The notes under the pieces are model-generated. The model saw nothing but the letters and a program-made list of their open reading frames with translations, was not told the DNA's origin and ran no database searches. From contig NIVC01000487.1 of NCBI GenBank assembly GCA_002269645.1, positions 392,298 through 456,297 of the forward strand: DNA of 64,000 nucleotides. Direction: 5' to 3'. Shown here piece by piece: positions 1 through 11,290 of the stretch (positions within the stretch are counted from its first letter, which is position 1; every line of letters starts with the position of its first letter). The position numbers and the translations under genes were made by a program. Origin of the DNA: Macrostomum lignano (Eukaryota).

Positions 1-550
1 AAGCGGCAAGCATTCGACACTGTCCCTTCCTCCTTGTACGCGGCTTATTTGAAAAGCCTTCAATCCCAGGAAATCCGCATCCTCAGCTTGAACGGGGAGA
101 AGAGATAAGCGATCTCCCACTCACAATAGGCAGTGTAAAATTAAGTTTGAAGAATTGCCGGTCGCTCATCCTTCTTCTGCGCTCAGGACCGCCCGCTGGG
201 CACAAAGACCTCATCTTATCTTCCTGGCCAAGCGCGTGATTTGCTGAAGTCCAACAAAAGGAGGGCATGCTATGCTAGCAGAGATTCGCCGACCTGATAA
301 AAAAGCAAAATGAAGAGCTTAGAAAGGAGAGGCTCGGATAAATTCCGTTGAAAATTTACAACTTTCAATTTTCTTCTGGGCATCTCTGCTTGGAATCTGT
401 GAAGTTTTTCTAGCGCCAATGTTGGCACAATCTGTTGCAGAGGGGAATAAACAAAATAAACACTTGATGTTGGGAATACAAAATTCTCGTTAACTATAAT
501 TTGTCTTGTTCGTTTGAGTGGCCATTGCATAAATTCATTTGCATTCACAT

Positions 551-1142
551 GGCATGTTGATCTCGTACATGGCATGCAGATCTTGGACATGACATGCTGA
601 TCTCGGACATGACATGCTGATCTAAGATATAACATTCTGATCTCGGACATGACATGCTGATCTAAGACATGAAATGCTGATCTCGGACATGGCATGATGA
701 TCTCGGACATGACATACTGATCTCGGACATGACATGCTGATCTCGGACATGACATGCTGATTTCGGACATGACATGCTGATATCGGACATGACATTCTGA
801 TCTCGGACATGACATGCTGATCTCGGACATGGTATGCTGATTTCGGACATGACATACTGATCTCGGACATGACATACTGATCTAAGACATGACATGCTGA
901 TCTCGGACATGACATGCTGATCTCGGACATGACATACTGATCTAAGACATGGCATGCTGATCTCGGACATGACATGCTGATCTCGGACATGGCATGCTGA
1001 TTTCGGACATGACATACTGATCTCGGACATGACATACTGATCTAAGACATGGCATGCTGATCTCGGACATGACATGCTGATCTCGGACATGACATGCTGA
1101 TCTCGGACATGGCATGCTGATTTCGGACATGATATTCTGATC
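551..1142. repeat. 20-bp minisatellite (GATCTCGGACATGACATGCT)n, about 29 copies
   Basis: 20-nt periodicity read directly; ends about 25 nt before the transporter ATG. Confidence 0.95.
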
Positions 1143-1166
1143 AATAAAGAACATGAAATTACAGCA

Positions 1167-2489
1167 ATGACTTTGTCTGCTAATAGAGAAGCTGATGAAT
1201 CTGAACGACTTCTCAATGAGCAGCGGCTGAGTTGGCGGCCTCTGCTATTCCTGCTGGGCATTGTCACTCTTGAGCGCTGCACCTACTACAACTATATGTC
1301 TATGGCCATCGGCGCTGGCGGCAGCGGCCAGCCGTACTGCGGAGCCCTGCTAGGCGAGAGCCCGACTGAACCGTTCGGCGCGACTTTACTGAGCCGCGTG
1401 CTGCCTCAGGGCCTGTCGTTCCTGCTCACCCTGGTTGGCGGCTACGTTGCCGACAATTTGATCGGATGCGCGAGAACTCTGGCTGCTGGCTGCTTCATGT
1501 CCACCCTGGCTGCTCTCATGCTGATCGGATTCGTGTTCTGTCCGGCCATGTGCCTGCCCGCTATGGTGACTGTTGGCAAGTTCGGCACCGCCTGCGGCTC
1601 CGGACTGATCCGGCCGTGTCTCCTGGTGCTCACCATTGAGTCTGGCAAACTGCTCGGCCTGTCGGTGCGGCGCGTCTGCCAGCTGCACTACGCGTGCGAG
1701 GCGTTGAGTCAGTTGCTAGGCAACCTGCTGGCCTTCGGATCGGACAGGCTGGCCTTCCCGCTTGGCTTCGTCACCTTGCCAACCAGCGTCATCATGCTGC
1801 TGCTGGCCCTGCTGACTGCCGAGCGGCCCGGCTGGGACCCCAGCCAGTTCCAGCTGCCCGGCCTGCCAAGGTTTAAACGCGTCGTCGTGACAACGGCGCC
1901 CCTGATAGCCCTGTCCGCGAGCGTCCTGGCTGGCTATTTCTCGCTGAGCGTGTCGGATTTGAAAGGCGACATCCGGCGGATGGACGCGAACCAGTTCAGG
2001 TGGAGTCACAACCTGCTGCTGCTCTGCTACTCGGCTACTCTGCTTGCCGCGGTGGCCCTGCTCATGCTGGCCACGCGAGCGTCGGCTCTGGTGCGGCACC
2101 TGCCGGATGTCCGTATCGCCATTGGCGTCGCCGCCACCGCGCTGGGCCACCTGACGGCGCTGATCGTGTCCTCCAGCCAGCTGGCTGGCTCCTTCTGGTT
2201 GATCGCGGGCGGGCAGAATTTCTTGTACGCCATGGGCGAGGCGTTCGCCATCTCCACGGCTAACGAGGTGGCTTTCCGATCCGGATTCACCGTATCCCGG
2301 GCCTTCATGGTCGGCCTGTTCATGGGCATCTGGGGCTCCGGCTATCTGTTTAACGAGTTTCTTGTGCACATTGCGACAGCCGTGATAGCGCACTGGATTG
2401 CTAGCGGCGCGATGCTTCTAACTAATGCTTATTTATTCTTCTTTGCGGTGCCGGCAATGGACTGGCTGCTGAGGGATGAGAGATCATGA
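1167..2489 (+). CDS. POT/PTR2 (SLC15-like) proton-dependent oligopeptide transporter family protein, intronless, 440 aa
   Basis: Multi-TM hydrophobic ORF with POT landmarks: LERCTYY (ExxERFxYY-like), GGYVADNLIG (PTR2 signature region), GSGLIRPC (GxGGIKPC-like) and TM10 QNFLYAMGEAF (PQYFLxxxGE-like). GC-rich codon usage. Confidence 0.85.
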   Translation: MTLSANREADESERLLNEQRLSWRPLLFLLGIVTLERCTYYNYMSMAIGAGGSGQPYCGALLGESPTEPFGATLLSRVLPQGLSFLLTLVGGYVADNLIGCARTLAAGCFMSTLAALMLIGFVFCPAMCLPAMVTVGKFGTACGSGLIRPCLLVLTIESGKLLGLSVRRVCQLHYACEALSQLLGNLLAFGSDRLAFPLGFVTLPTSVIMLLLALLTAERPGWDPSQFQLPGLPRFKRVVVTTAPLIALSASVLAGYFSLSVSDLKGDIRRMDANQFRWSHNLLLLCYSATLLAAVALLMLATRASALVRHLPDVRIAIGVAATALGHLTALIVSSSQLAGSFWLIAGGQNFLYAMGEAFAISTANEVAFRSGFTVSRAFMVGLFMGIWGSGYLFNEFLVHIATAVIAHWIASGAMLLTNAYLFFFAVPAMDWLLRDERS

Positions 2490-2495
2490 TTTAAT

Positions 2496-3425
2496 CGTGA
2501 CAGTGTGAATTATGTGAGTGTGAATAGTGACAGTGTGAATTATGTGAATGTGAATGGTGACAGTGTGAATTATGTGAGTGTGAATAGTGACAGTGTGAAT
2601 TATGTGAATGTGAATGGTGACAGTGTGAATTATGTGAGTGTGAATAGTGACAGTGTGAATTGCTAGACTGTGAATAGTGACAGTGCGAATCGCTAGACTG
2701 TGAATAGTGACAGTGTGAATTGCTAGAATGTGAATAGTGACAGTGTGAATTGCTAGAATGTGAATAGTGACAGTGTGAATTGCTAGAATGTGAATAGTGA
2801 CAGTGTGAATTGCTAGACTGTGAATAGTGACAGTGTGAATTATGTGAGTGTGAATAGTGACAGTGTGAATTATGTGAATGTGAATGGTGACAGTGTGAAT
2901 TATGTGAGTGTGAATAGTGACAGTGTGAATTATGTGAATGTGAATGGTGACAGTGTGAATTATGTGAGTGTGAATAGTGACAGTGTGAATTATGTGAGTG
3001 TGAATAGTGACAGTGTGAATTATGTGAATGTGAATGGTGACAGTGTGAATTATGTGAGTGTGATAGTGACAGTGTGAATTATGTGAATGTGAATAGTGAC
3101 AGTGTGAATTGCTAGACTGTTAATAGTGACAGTGTGAATTGCTAGAATGTGAATAGTGACAGTGTGACTTGCTAGACTGTGAATAGTGACAGTGTGAATT
3201 GCTAGAATGTGAATAGTGACAGTGTGAATTGCTAGAATGTGAATAGTGACAGTGTGAATTGCCAGACTGTGAATAGTGACAGTGTGAATTGCTAGAATGT
3301 GAATAGTGACAGTGTGAATTGCCAGACTGTGAATAGTGACAGTGTGAATTGCTAGACTGTGAATAGTGACAGTGTGAATTGCTAGACTGTGAATAGTGAC
3401 AGTGTGAATTGCTAGAATGTAAATT
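2496..3425. repeat. 30-bp minisatellite (GTGAATAGTGACAGTGTGAATT + ATGTGAGT or GCTAGACT variants)
   Basis: 30-nt periodicity with two alternating unit variants; starts a few nt after the transporter stop codon. Confidence 0.95.
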
Positions 3426-4230
3426 GTGATAGTGAGAGTCATTGTGAATGCGAATAATTTCAATGTGAATCGCGAGTATGTGAACAAAGAAAGTAAAAAT
3501 CATGAGAATGTAAAAAGTGAAAGAGAAAATCATGTGAATGTGAAAATCACAAGAATGTGTTACCTTAATTTTGTAAGGACGATTCAGTGGCTTATTTTAT
3601 ATTATGAAATCTAGATTAGCTAAAATAACAACGTTACACTTAACGCACTACTCAGTAGAGCTTTTTCAAGTAGCCAAATTGCAATTTAAATTGCCAGTTG
3701 AAAAATCCTAGTGCTATTACAGAATTGCGTTCTGCTATTTCCTTTGAATTTATTGCCAATCCCACAGAATCCTCAATTTCAGTCAGTGGGAGCCTGGAAT
3801 TGTTGAATAAAACTACCCATTTTTCGATTGCCCATGGAGACACAGAAAAAGTCAGAATTCTGCCATATTTTTATTTCTGACTGGCTGGCCCCGTCTCTGC
3901 ATCCCATCTTCAGTCGATTCTTCCCAGAGATTTTTTATGCGCACGGATTGGGATTAAACAGGCACACAGCAGGGAGTGGGGGGGGGCTTGGGGAATAGGA
4001 GACTTAGACTGGCCTGGGATGTAAATTATGCATCAGGCGCGGTACACTTTAGCGATTCCTTCTAAGCCGAAATGCCTCGCGGGCCAGATTGACGCGGCTC
4101 ACCGTGATCTTGTCACACGGCTTTTCTCTGCGATTTGGGCCCTGGAGCTGAAATGTGAAATGAGGAGAGTGCAGCTGGGACCAGACTCAACTAGGGTAAC
4201 TGCATGAGTTGTTCATGAGTTTTGGAGAAA

Positions 4231-5512
<1,282 letters not shown>

Positions 5513-6107
5513 GAAGTATGGCCAAACGCTCATCAAACCGATTAAATCCAGCTTAAGCTGCACTGAGGATAGCTAAAAATAGCAATCCATCTATCTGGAG
5601 TTCTGGTGCTTGATGCAGCTCTAGTCGGCCCCACTGTCCGAATTGAAGTGTCCGTCACGGATTACCGCAATCAATTGCTGCTGCTGAGCAGATGGGGATG
5701 CAGGGGAGTCGGGAGTCGGGGGATACAAAAATTAGATTTATCACTTAGTCAATCTGAATGGGATTAACCTTCCCTATTTGCTTGCAATCCCCGCCCGTGA
5801 TTGGCCTGTGCTCAAGGACCGTTTCTTCTATCAATTCTGTGCTCTGTGCTCACAAAGTCTCTTCCTAACTGCAGTTAACGATGGTTTTACAACTGCAGTG
5901 CGGCTTGAGGCCTTCTGGTTGTTAATTAATAATTAGAGCTAATTAGGCAAGCTGAGATGCCTTAATTAATAATAGTGATTACCTAGGGAGCTGAGGGCCA
6001 GCCCGACAGTCAATTTGCTCAAGAGCTTTTGTGCTCATAAACTGGGAAAAAATAAACTGTCCGCACTGACTGCGGTTGAATGCTAAAATTCAGCACTATT
6101 ACATTGC

Positions 6108-6846
6108 ATGCATTTGAGCAGTCATCACTATGAGCAATGCATTTGAGCAGTCATCACTATGAGCAATTCACTTGAGCAGTCATCACTATGAGCAATTCAC
6201 TTGAGCAGTCAACACTATGAGCAATTCACTTGAGCAGTCATCACTATGAGCAATGCATTTGAGCAGTCATCAATATGAGCAATGCATTTGAGCAGTCATC
6301 ACTATGAGCAATTCAATTGAGCAGTCATCACTATGAGCTATGTATGAACTTAAGAAGTCATCACTTTGAGCTATGTATGCATTTGAACAGTCATCACTAT
6401 AAGCAATGCATTTGAGCAGTCATTACTATGAGCAATGCATTTGAGCAGTCATCACTATGAGTAATGCATTTGAGCAGTCATCACTATGAGCAATGCATTT
6501 GAGCAGTCATCACTATGAGCAATGCATTTGAGCAGTCATCACTATGAGCAATGCATTTGAACAGTCATCACTATGAGCAATGCATTTGAGCAGTCATCAC
6601 TATGAGCAATTCACTTGAGCAGTCATCACTATGAGCAATGTATGAACTTGAGCAGTCATCACTATGAGCTATGTATGAGCTTGAGCAGTCATCACTATGA
6701 GCAATGTATGAACTTGAGCAGTCATCACTTATGAGCTATGTATGCATTTCAACAGACATCATTATGAGCAGTGCATTTGAGAAGTCATCACTATGAGCAA
6801 ATGTATGCTAAATGCAAATGTATGCATTTGAATAGACATCACTATG
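6108..6846. repeat. 29-bp minisatellite (TGAGCAGTCATCACTATGAGCAATGCATT)n, left part
   Basis: 29-nt periodicity; the same unit resumes at 10362 after the retroelement. Confidence 0.93.
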
Positions 6847-7611
6847 ACGTACCGTGACGTACCACTCATGGCGTACCGTTCGAGCGTTCATCGTGGTACG
6901 GGATATTCGCCGTTTTTTCTTCTGCACGGCCACGAGATGGCCCTACCAGTTGATATAGGAATAGCCCGGCCCCGGAAGATTGAGCCATATTGCGAGGAAG
7001 TTCAGCACCTGCGAGAGATTCTCGAGGAAGCTCACCGAGAAGTACGGGAGAAGACAGCGTCCTATCAGAGAGTGCAGAAGGATTGGTATGACAGGAGGGT
7101 GAAAGGTCGAGAGTTCGCTCCCGGGGACAAGGTGTACGTGTACAATCCGGTACTGAAACCCGGTGCGAAGGCGAAGCTCCATTCACCGTGGTCGGGACCA
7201 GCCGTCGTCTTAGATCGGCTATCAGAAACTCGCTACAGGATCCGACAGGAAGGCCGACGGAAGCCGACAAAGGTGGTGCACTTCAACAATCTCTTGCCTC
7301 GCTACCGGCCGAAACCCGTTGACGACGCTAAAGGGCCCCGTCGAGCTCCCCGGATGGAGCGGCAGCCCGACCCTGCTGCGGAAGCGGAACCAGCGGGCGA
7401 GGAGCCGGAGGAATCTGAGGACGACGGTGAATACAAGTGGCAGAGACGGATGGAAGCGCCTGAGATGGAAGCACCGGAGATGGAAGCGCCTGAGATGGGA
7501 GCGCTGGAGGAAGAAGCACCCGAGAGAGAGGAGACCGGCGATACAAGGGCGGGCCGGCCACTCCGGACTCGAAGGGTTCCGCAGCGCTACGGGGTGCCTC
7601 TGTACTACTAG
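6847..7611 (+). pseudogene. Gypsy integrase C-terminal fragment
   Basis: LMAYRSSVHRGTGYSPFFLLHG, GDKVYV...KLHSPWSGPAVV (GPY/F module), YRI...VVHFNNL and terminal RTRRVPQRY. The catalytic DDE core is truncated away and the ATG at 6844 comes from the minisatellite. Confidence 0.9.
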
Positions 7612-7619
7612 GGCGCCGG

Positions 7620-8046
7620 CCAGTTATCATCATTTTGCGTCATCAACCGCCTAGTTATCATCATTTTGCGTCATCAACCGCCTAGTTATCATCATTTTGC
7701 GTCATCAACCGCCTAGTTATCATCATTTTGCGTCATCAACCGCCTAGTTACCGTCATTTTGCGTCATCCGCCGCCTAGTTATCATCATTTTGCGTCATCA
7801 ACCGCCTAGTTACCGTCATTTTGCGTCATCCGCCGCCCAGTTATCATCATTTTGCGTCATCAACCGCCTATTTACCGTCATTTTGCGTCATCCGCCGCCC
7901 AGTTATCATCATTTTGCGTCATCAACCGCCTAGTTACCGTCATTTTGCGTCATCCGCCGCCCAGTTATCATCATTTTGCGTCATCAACCGCCTAGTTACC
8001 GTCATTTTGCGTCATCAACCGCCTAGTTACCGTCATTTTGCGTCAG
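7620..8046. repeat. 31-bp tandem array inside the retroelement (CGCCTAGTTATCATCATTTTGCGTCATCAAC)n, 14 copies
   Basis: Counted 14 units, each carrying TTGCGTCA. Confidence 0.95.
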
Positions 8047-8074
8047 TAACTGCCCAGTGAGAACTTTTCCCCAG

Positions 8075-9062
8075 GCAAGACCACCCGACCCACCCCGGAC
8101 CAGAGCGAATCGGCGACTCCTCGAGGTCACAACGCGAATCATCCCAGTCTAAGCCGAACCCGGCCCATTGCAGGCTTTGCTTCCCGGGTCTAGACCTTTA
8201 CGCTGAGTTCGGTGTCGCACCGTCAGCATCTGAAGAGGAGCTGCGGAGAGCGTCTACGACGGCATCCAGATAAGTGCGGGCAGCAGGGAACTGAGAGCTT
8301 CCAGAAGCTCCAGCATGCCAGTGCAATCTTGCTGTGCCCGTTTCGGCGAGCGTTGTACGACCGGTTTGGTCAGGAGGCGGTCTCTAACCCGATTGAGTGC
8401 GCCCGGTATTTTGTGCCGCCAGACGGTGTGTCGGTGCCGGAGGAGTTCTGTATCACTATTGACGACGAGTCAGCCAGTCCGAGTGAGAACGGTGAAACGG
8501 ATGCGAGCGAGCGGGCCGATGGGATGGAGGAGGATCTCTCAGATTACGAGGCTAGGTACGCGTACGGCTACACCCAGTCCGAGGAAGACGAGCTCCTGAA
8601 CGACTCGATGGAGGATTTCGTCGTGGTGGAAGACGACCAGGGTGGTCAAGCAATGCCAGCAGCTGTGGCCGTGGTAGCCGGTTCCGGCGAGCGGGACAGT
8701 AGACCCTGGGTCGGGGAGACCGCTCGAGAAAGAGTGCGACTGAGAAAGCGGCTTCAGCGCAACATTCCTGCATGGAGCTTCGGCAGCCACGTTCCGGGTC
8801 CTCACGAAGAGTGTCGAGCTTATGTCGCCGCGAGCGTCGGGACCACCGGCGAGAAATTACGGCTCTGCTTGAGCAGGTTCTGAAGTTCCTCAGCCGGGAT
8901 GTTGGTAAAAAGTTTCGTGGTCACTCACAGCGCAAGTGGCGGCCAGATGCTTTCATCCGGAGCTCGAGGTTCATCACCGAGGTCGCGATTCCGGAGTTCC
9001 GACTGTTTAACGGCGGGCGTCTGCTGGGGCTTCTGCGGGGATTGGCATGGATCGCGGGGTAG
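8075..9062 (+). pseudogene. Frameshifted J-domain (DnaJ/Hsp40-type) protein ORF within the Gypsy element
   Basis: One frame gives DLYAEFGVAPSASEEELRRA (8193-8252, J helices I-II). The next frame gives LRRHPDKCGQQGTESFQKLQHASAILLCPFRRALYDRFG (HPD at 8263-8271, helix III, YD..G end), then an acidic tract to the stop at 8883. A possible further frameshifted tail runs to 9062. Acceptor TTTTCCCCAG ends at 8074. Confidence 0.75.
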
Positions 9063-9424
9063 GGGGGTCGGTGCGGACGGGCTGGGAAGCGGTGTCTTCT
9101 GTTCTCTTTTCATCTTCATCTTATCATAGTCGTCCCCTTCGAACGCGAATGCGTGTCCCAGAAGCTCACCGGGGTAGTCCCCAAGATTCATTGAGACGAG
9201 GGCTGACAGAGGAGTGGGAGTGCGTGTCCAACGCCTGCGGCCCCGCTTCCCGACGCCAGTAGCCCACTCTCCCGCGCCATTTGCCATTTGCGTCATTATG
9301 TCATTCTCCCCTGCCAGTTGCGTCATGATCACAGCGCGGCACGTACAGTACGATTTTTTGCTGCTGCTGGAGTCATCCCGTTGTTTTTTCGTTTTTGTGT
9401 TTTTTCCCTTTTTGTTTTTTTTGC

Positions 9425-9433
9425 GGGGGAGGG
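9425..9433 (+). other. Polypurine tract of the LTR retrotransposon
   Basis: GGGGGAGGG immediately 5' of the TG that starts the LTR. Confidence 0.8.
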
Positions 9434-10361
9434 TGTTGTGGCCTGCGCCACAATGACCTTCTCCTCAACTTTTTTTTGGTGCATGCGAACCGCCCGGTCT
9501 GCCGCCCTAGCCGGTTCTATCTGGTTTGAGCTGGTTCAGCCCGGTTTTGGTTTTGGGCAGCCGGCGTGTGCGCGGATTGGCTGGCTGGGCCGGCAGACCC
9601 TCTCTTTTCTACCCCCCCCCCCTCGTGGAGCCTTACCCAGCGCGTGTTTTGATTGGCTGGGCTGGGGTTGGGTGCTCGCGGGGTTCTGTTTTGTGTACTT
9701 GCGCTCAGGCCGGTTTGGCCCACTCCCCCATTTTTGGCATACTATTTATTAGCTGGCTTGGAGCCGGCCGGTGGCACGCCGCTTGGTTTTCGGTTAGGGC
9801 TACACCAGCTACTGAGTAGTGAAACTACTGTAAAAGTACAAAAACTGCACGAGCCCAGTGAACTCTCGAACAGCGCACCACCAGCGAATCCGTGCCACCC
9901 GCCGTCTCCGAGCTACCAGAACAGCTATTAAAATGGCTAAATAAACTGCGCCACGCCGTATGAGTCGGTTTGACCCCGCCCGGTGAGCTTAAATTACGTT
10001 TGTTCGGGTCGCGTTCGCGTTTTTGGACTCTCTGCACGTGTCTTCCCTCCATCCTCGCCGCCTCATCGCTTCACCTACTCACCCCCTTGCTCACCTCCAC
10101 TCTTCGATTGGCTTGGAGTGTCTGTACGCCCCAGCTAATCCATCACCTCGTATCTCTTGATTGGTCCGGAGTGTCTGTACGTAGTGTCGGGTCGCATCTC
10201 TCCCTCTTCCCCTCGGAGTGGCCATCCGCCTCGAGGAGCGCCAGTCGTTCGTCCTCTGTCCATCCCTCCGCCGCGCGCCCGGGGCAGTCCCGCACCGAAC
10301 CCGCTACCCCGGGGAAACAAAACGACCGGGCTAGACGAGATCGCAGCCCGCGAGTACAACA
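9434..10361 (+). mobile_element. 3' LTR (928 bp)
   Basis: Inverted termini TGTTGT...ACAACA with PPT upstream; TATA-like CTATTAAAA near 9925, AATAAA at 9940-9945 and several ATTGG (CCAAT) boxes. Confidence 0.82.
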
Positions 10362-10442
10362 TATGTATGCATTTAAACAGACATCACTATGAGCTATGCA
10401 TGCATTTGAACAGTCATCACTATGAGCAATGTACTTGAGAAG
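10362..10442. repeat. 29-bp minisatellite, right part (continuation of 6108-6846)
   Basis: CAGTCATCACTATGAGC units resume directly after the LTR-terminal CA. Confidence 0.9.
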
Positions 10443-10785
10443 TCGTTAAAAATTGGAATTGATTTCATCGTTGAGTCTGAGCCGATTTCATCGGGGTAGG
10501 AAAGTAAGTTGGAAAAGATTCCGCGGCAGATATTGTCCCGATTGAATTCGCAACGTTGCAAAGTTCCCCCATCCAGAGCTCCGGCATTGCAATTTGGCAA
10601 ACAAGAAATAGGAAAATACCCGTCATTGATCCCAGATAATCCTTCTTATCGCCCAGCTGAGCCGCCGTGCTGAAAGACTTCGTGCGGCACAAAAAGTACA
10701 TTACAGGTTTGGCTTGTTGGCGCTAAGCACTGCTGCTGACTAGCTAGATAAGTCGGCCGCGTCTGTTCAACTGGAATTCTTAAAA

Positions 10786-11290
10786 TGGTTAGGGTTACAG
10801 GGTTTCATTCGGTTTAGGGTCATTAATAGTTTCATAGGGTGTATGGTTAGGTAGGAAAGTCTAGTTTCTCTAGAGTCGTAGGGTTTATAGTTACGTTCAT
10901 TATGTTTATGGTTAGGGTCATTAGGTTTATGGTTAGGGTCATTAGGTGTATGGTTAGGGTCACTAGGTTTATGGTTAGGGTCATTAGGTTTATGGTTAGG
11001 GTCATTAGGTGTATGGTTAGGGTCATTAGGTGTATGGTTAGGGTCATTAAGTGTATGGTTAGGGTCATTAGGTGTATGGTTAGGGTCATTAGGTTTATTG
11101 TTAGGGTCATTATGTGTATGGTTAGGGTCATTAGGTTTATGGTTAGGGTCATTATGTGTATGGTTAGGGTCATTAGGTTTATGGTTAGAGTCATTAGGTG
11201 TATGGTTGGGTCATTTGATTTATGGTTAGGGTCATTAGGTATGGTTAGGATCATGAAGTTTATGGTTAGGGCAATAGAATATATGGTTAT
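10786..11290. repeat. 21-bp minisatellite (ATGGTTAGGGTCATTAGGTTT)n containing TTAGGG
   Basis: 21-nt periodicity with degenerate edges. Confidence 0.92.

Larger units (their letters stand above)
6847..10361 (+). mobile_element. 5'-truncated Ty3/Gypsy LTR retrotransposon (integrase C-terminus, extra 3' region, PPT, 3' LTR)
   Basis: Integrase tail ORF, then polypurine tract GGGGGAGGG (9425-9433), then an LTR bounded by the inverted ends TGTTGT (9434) and ACAACA (10361). Host minisatellite lies on both sides. No 5' LTR, PBS, gag, RT or RNase H present. Confidence 0.88.

Noticed and set aside
1-108. Frame KRQAFDTVPSSLYAAYLKSL resembling the LINE RT 'KAFDxV' motif
   Set aside because: A single short motif at the window edge followed by stops; no other RT motifs.
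6843-10365. TATG on both sides of the retroelement as a 4-bp target-site duplication
   Set aside because: TATG is part of the host repeat unit and the left end is a deletion junction, so it cannot be called a TSD.
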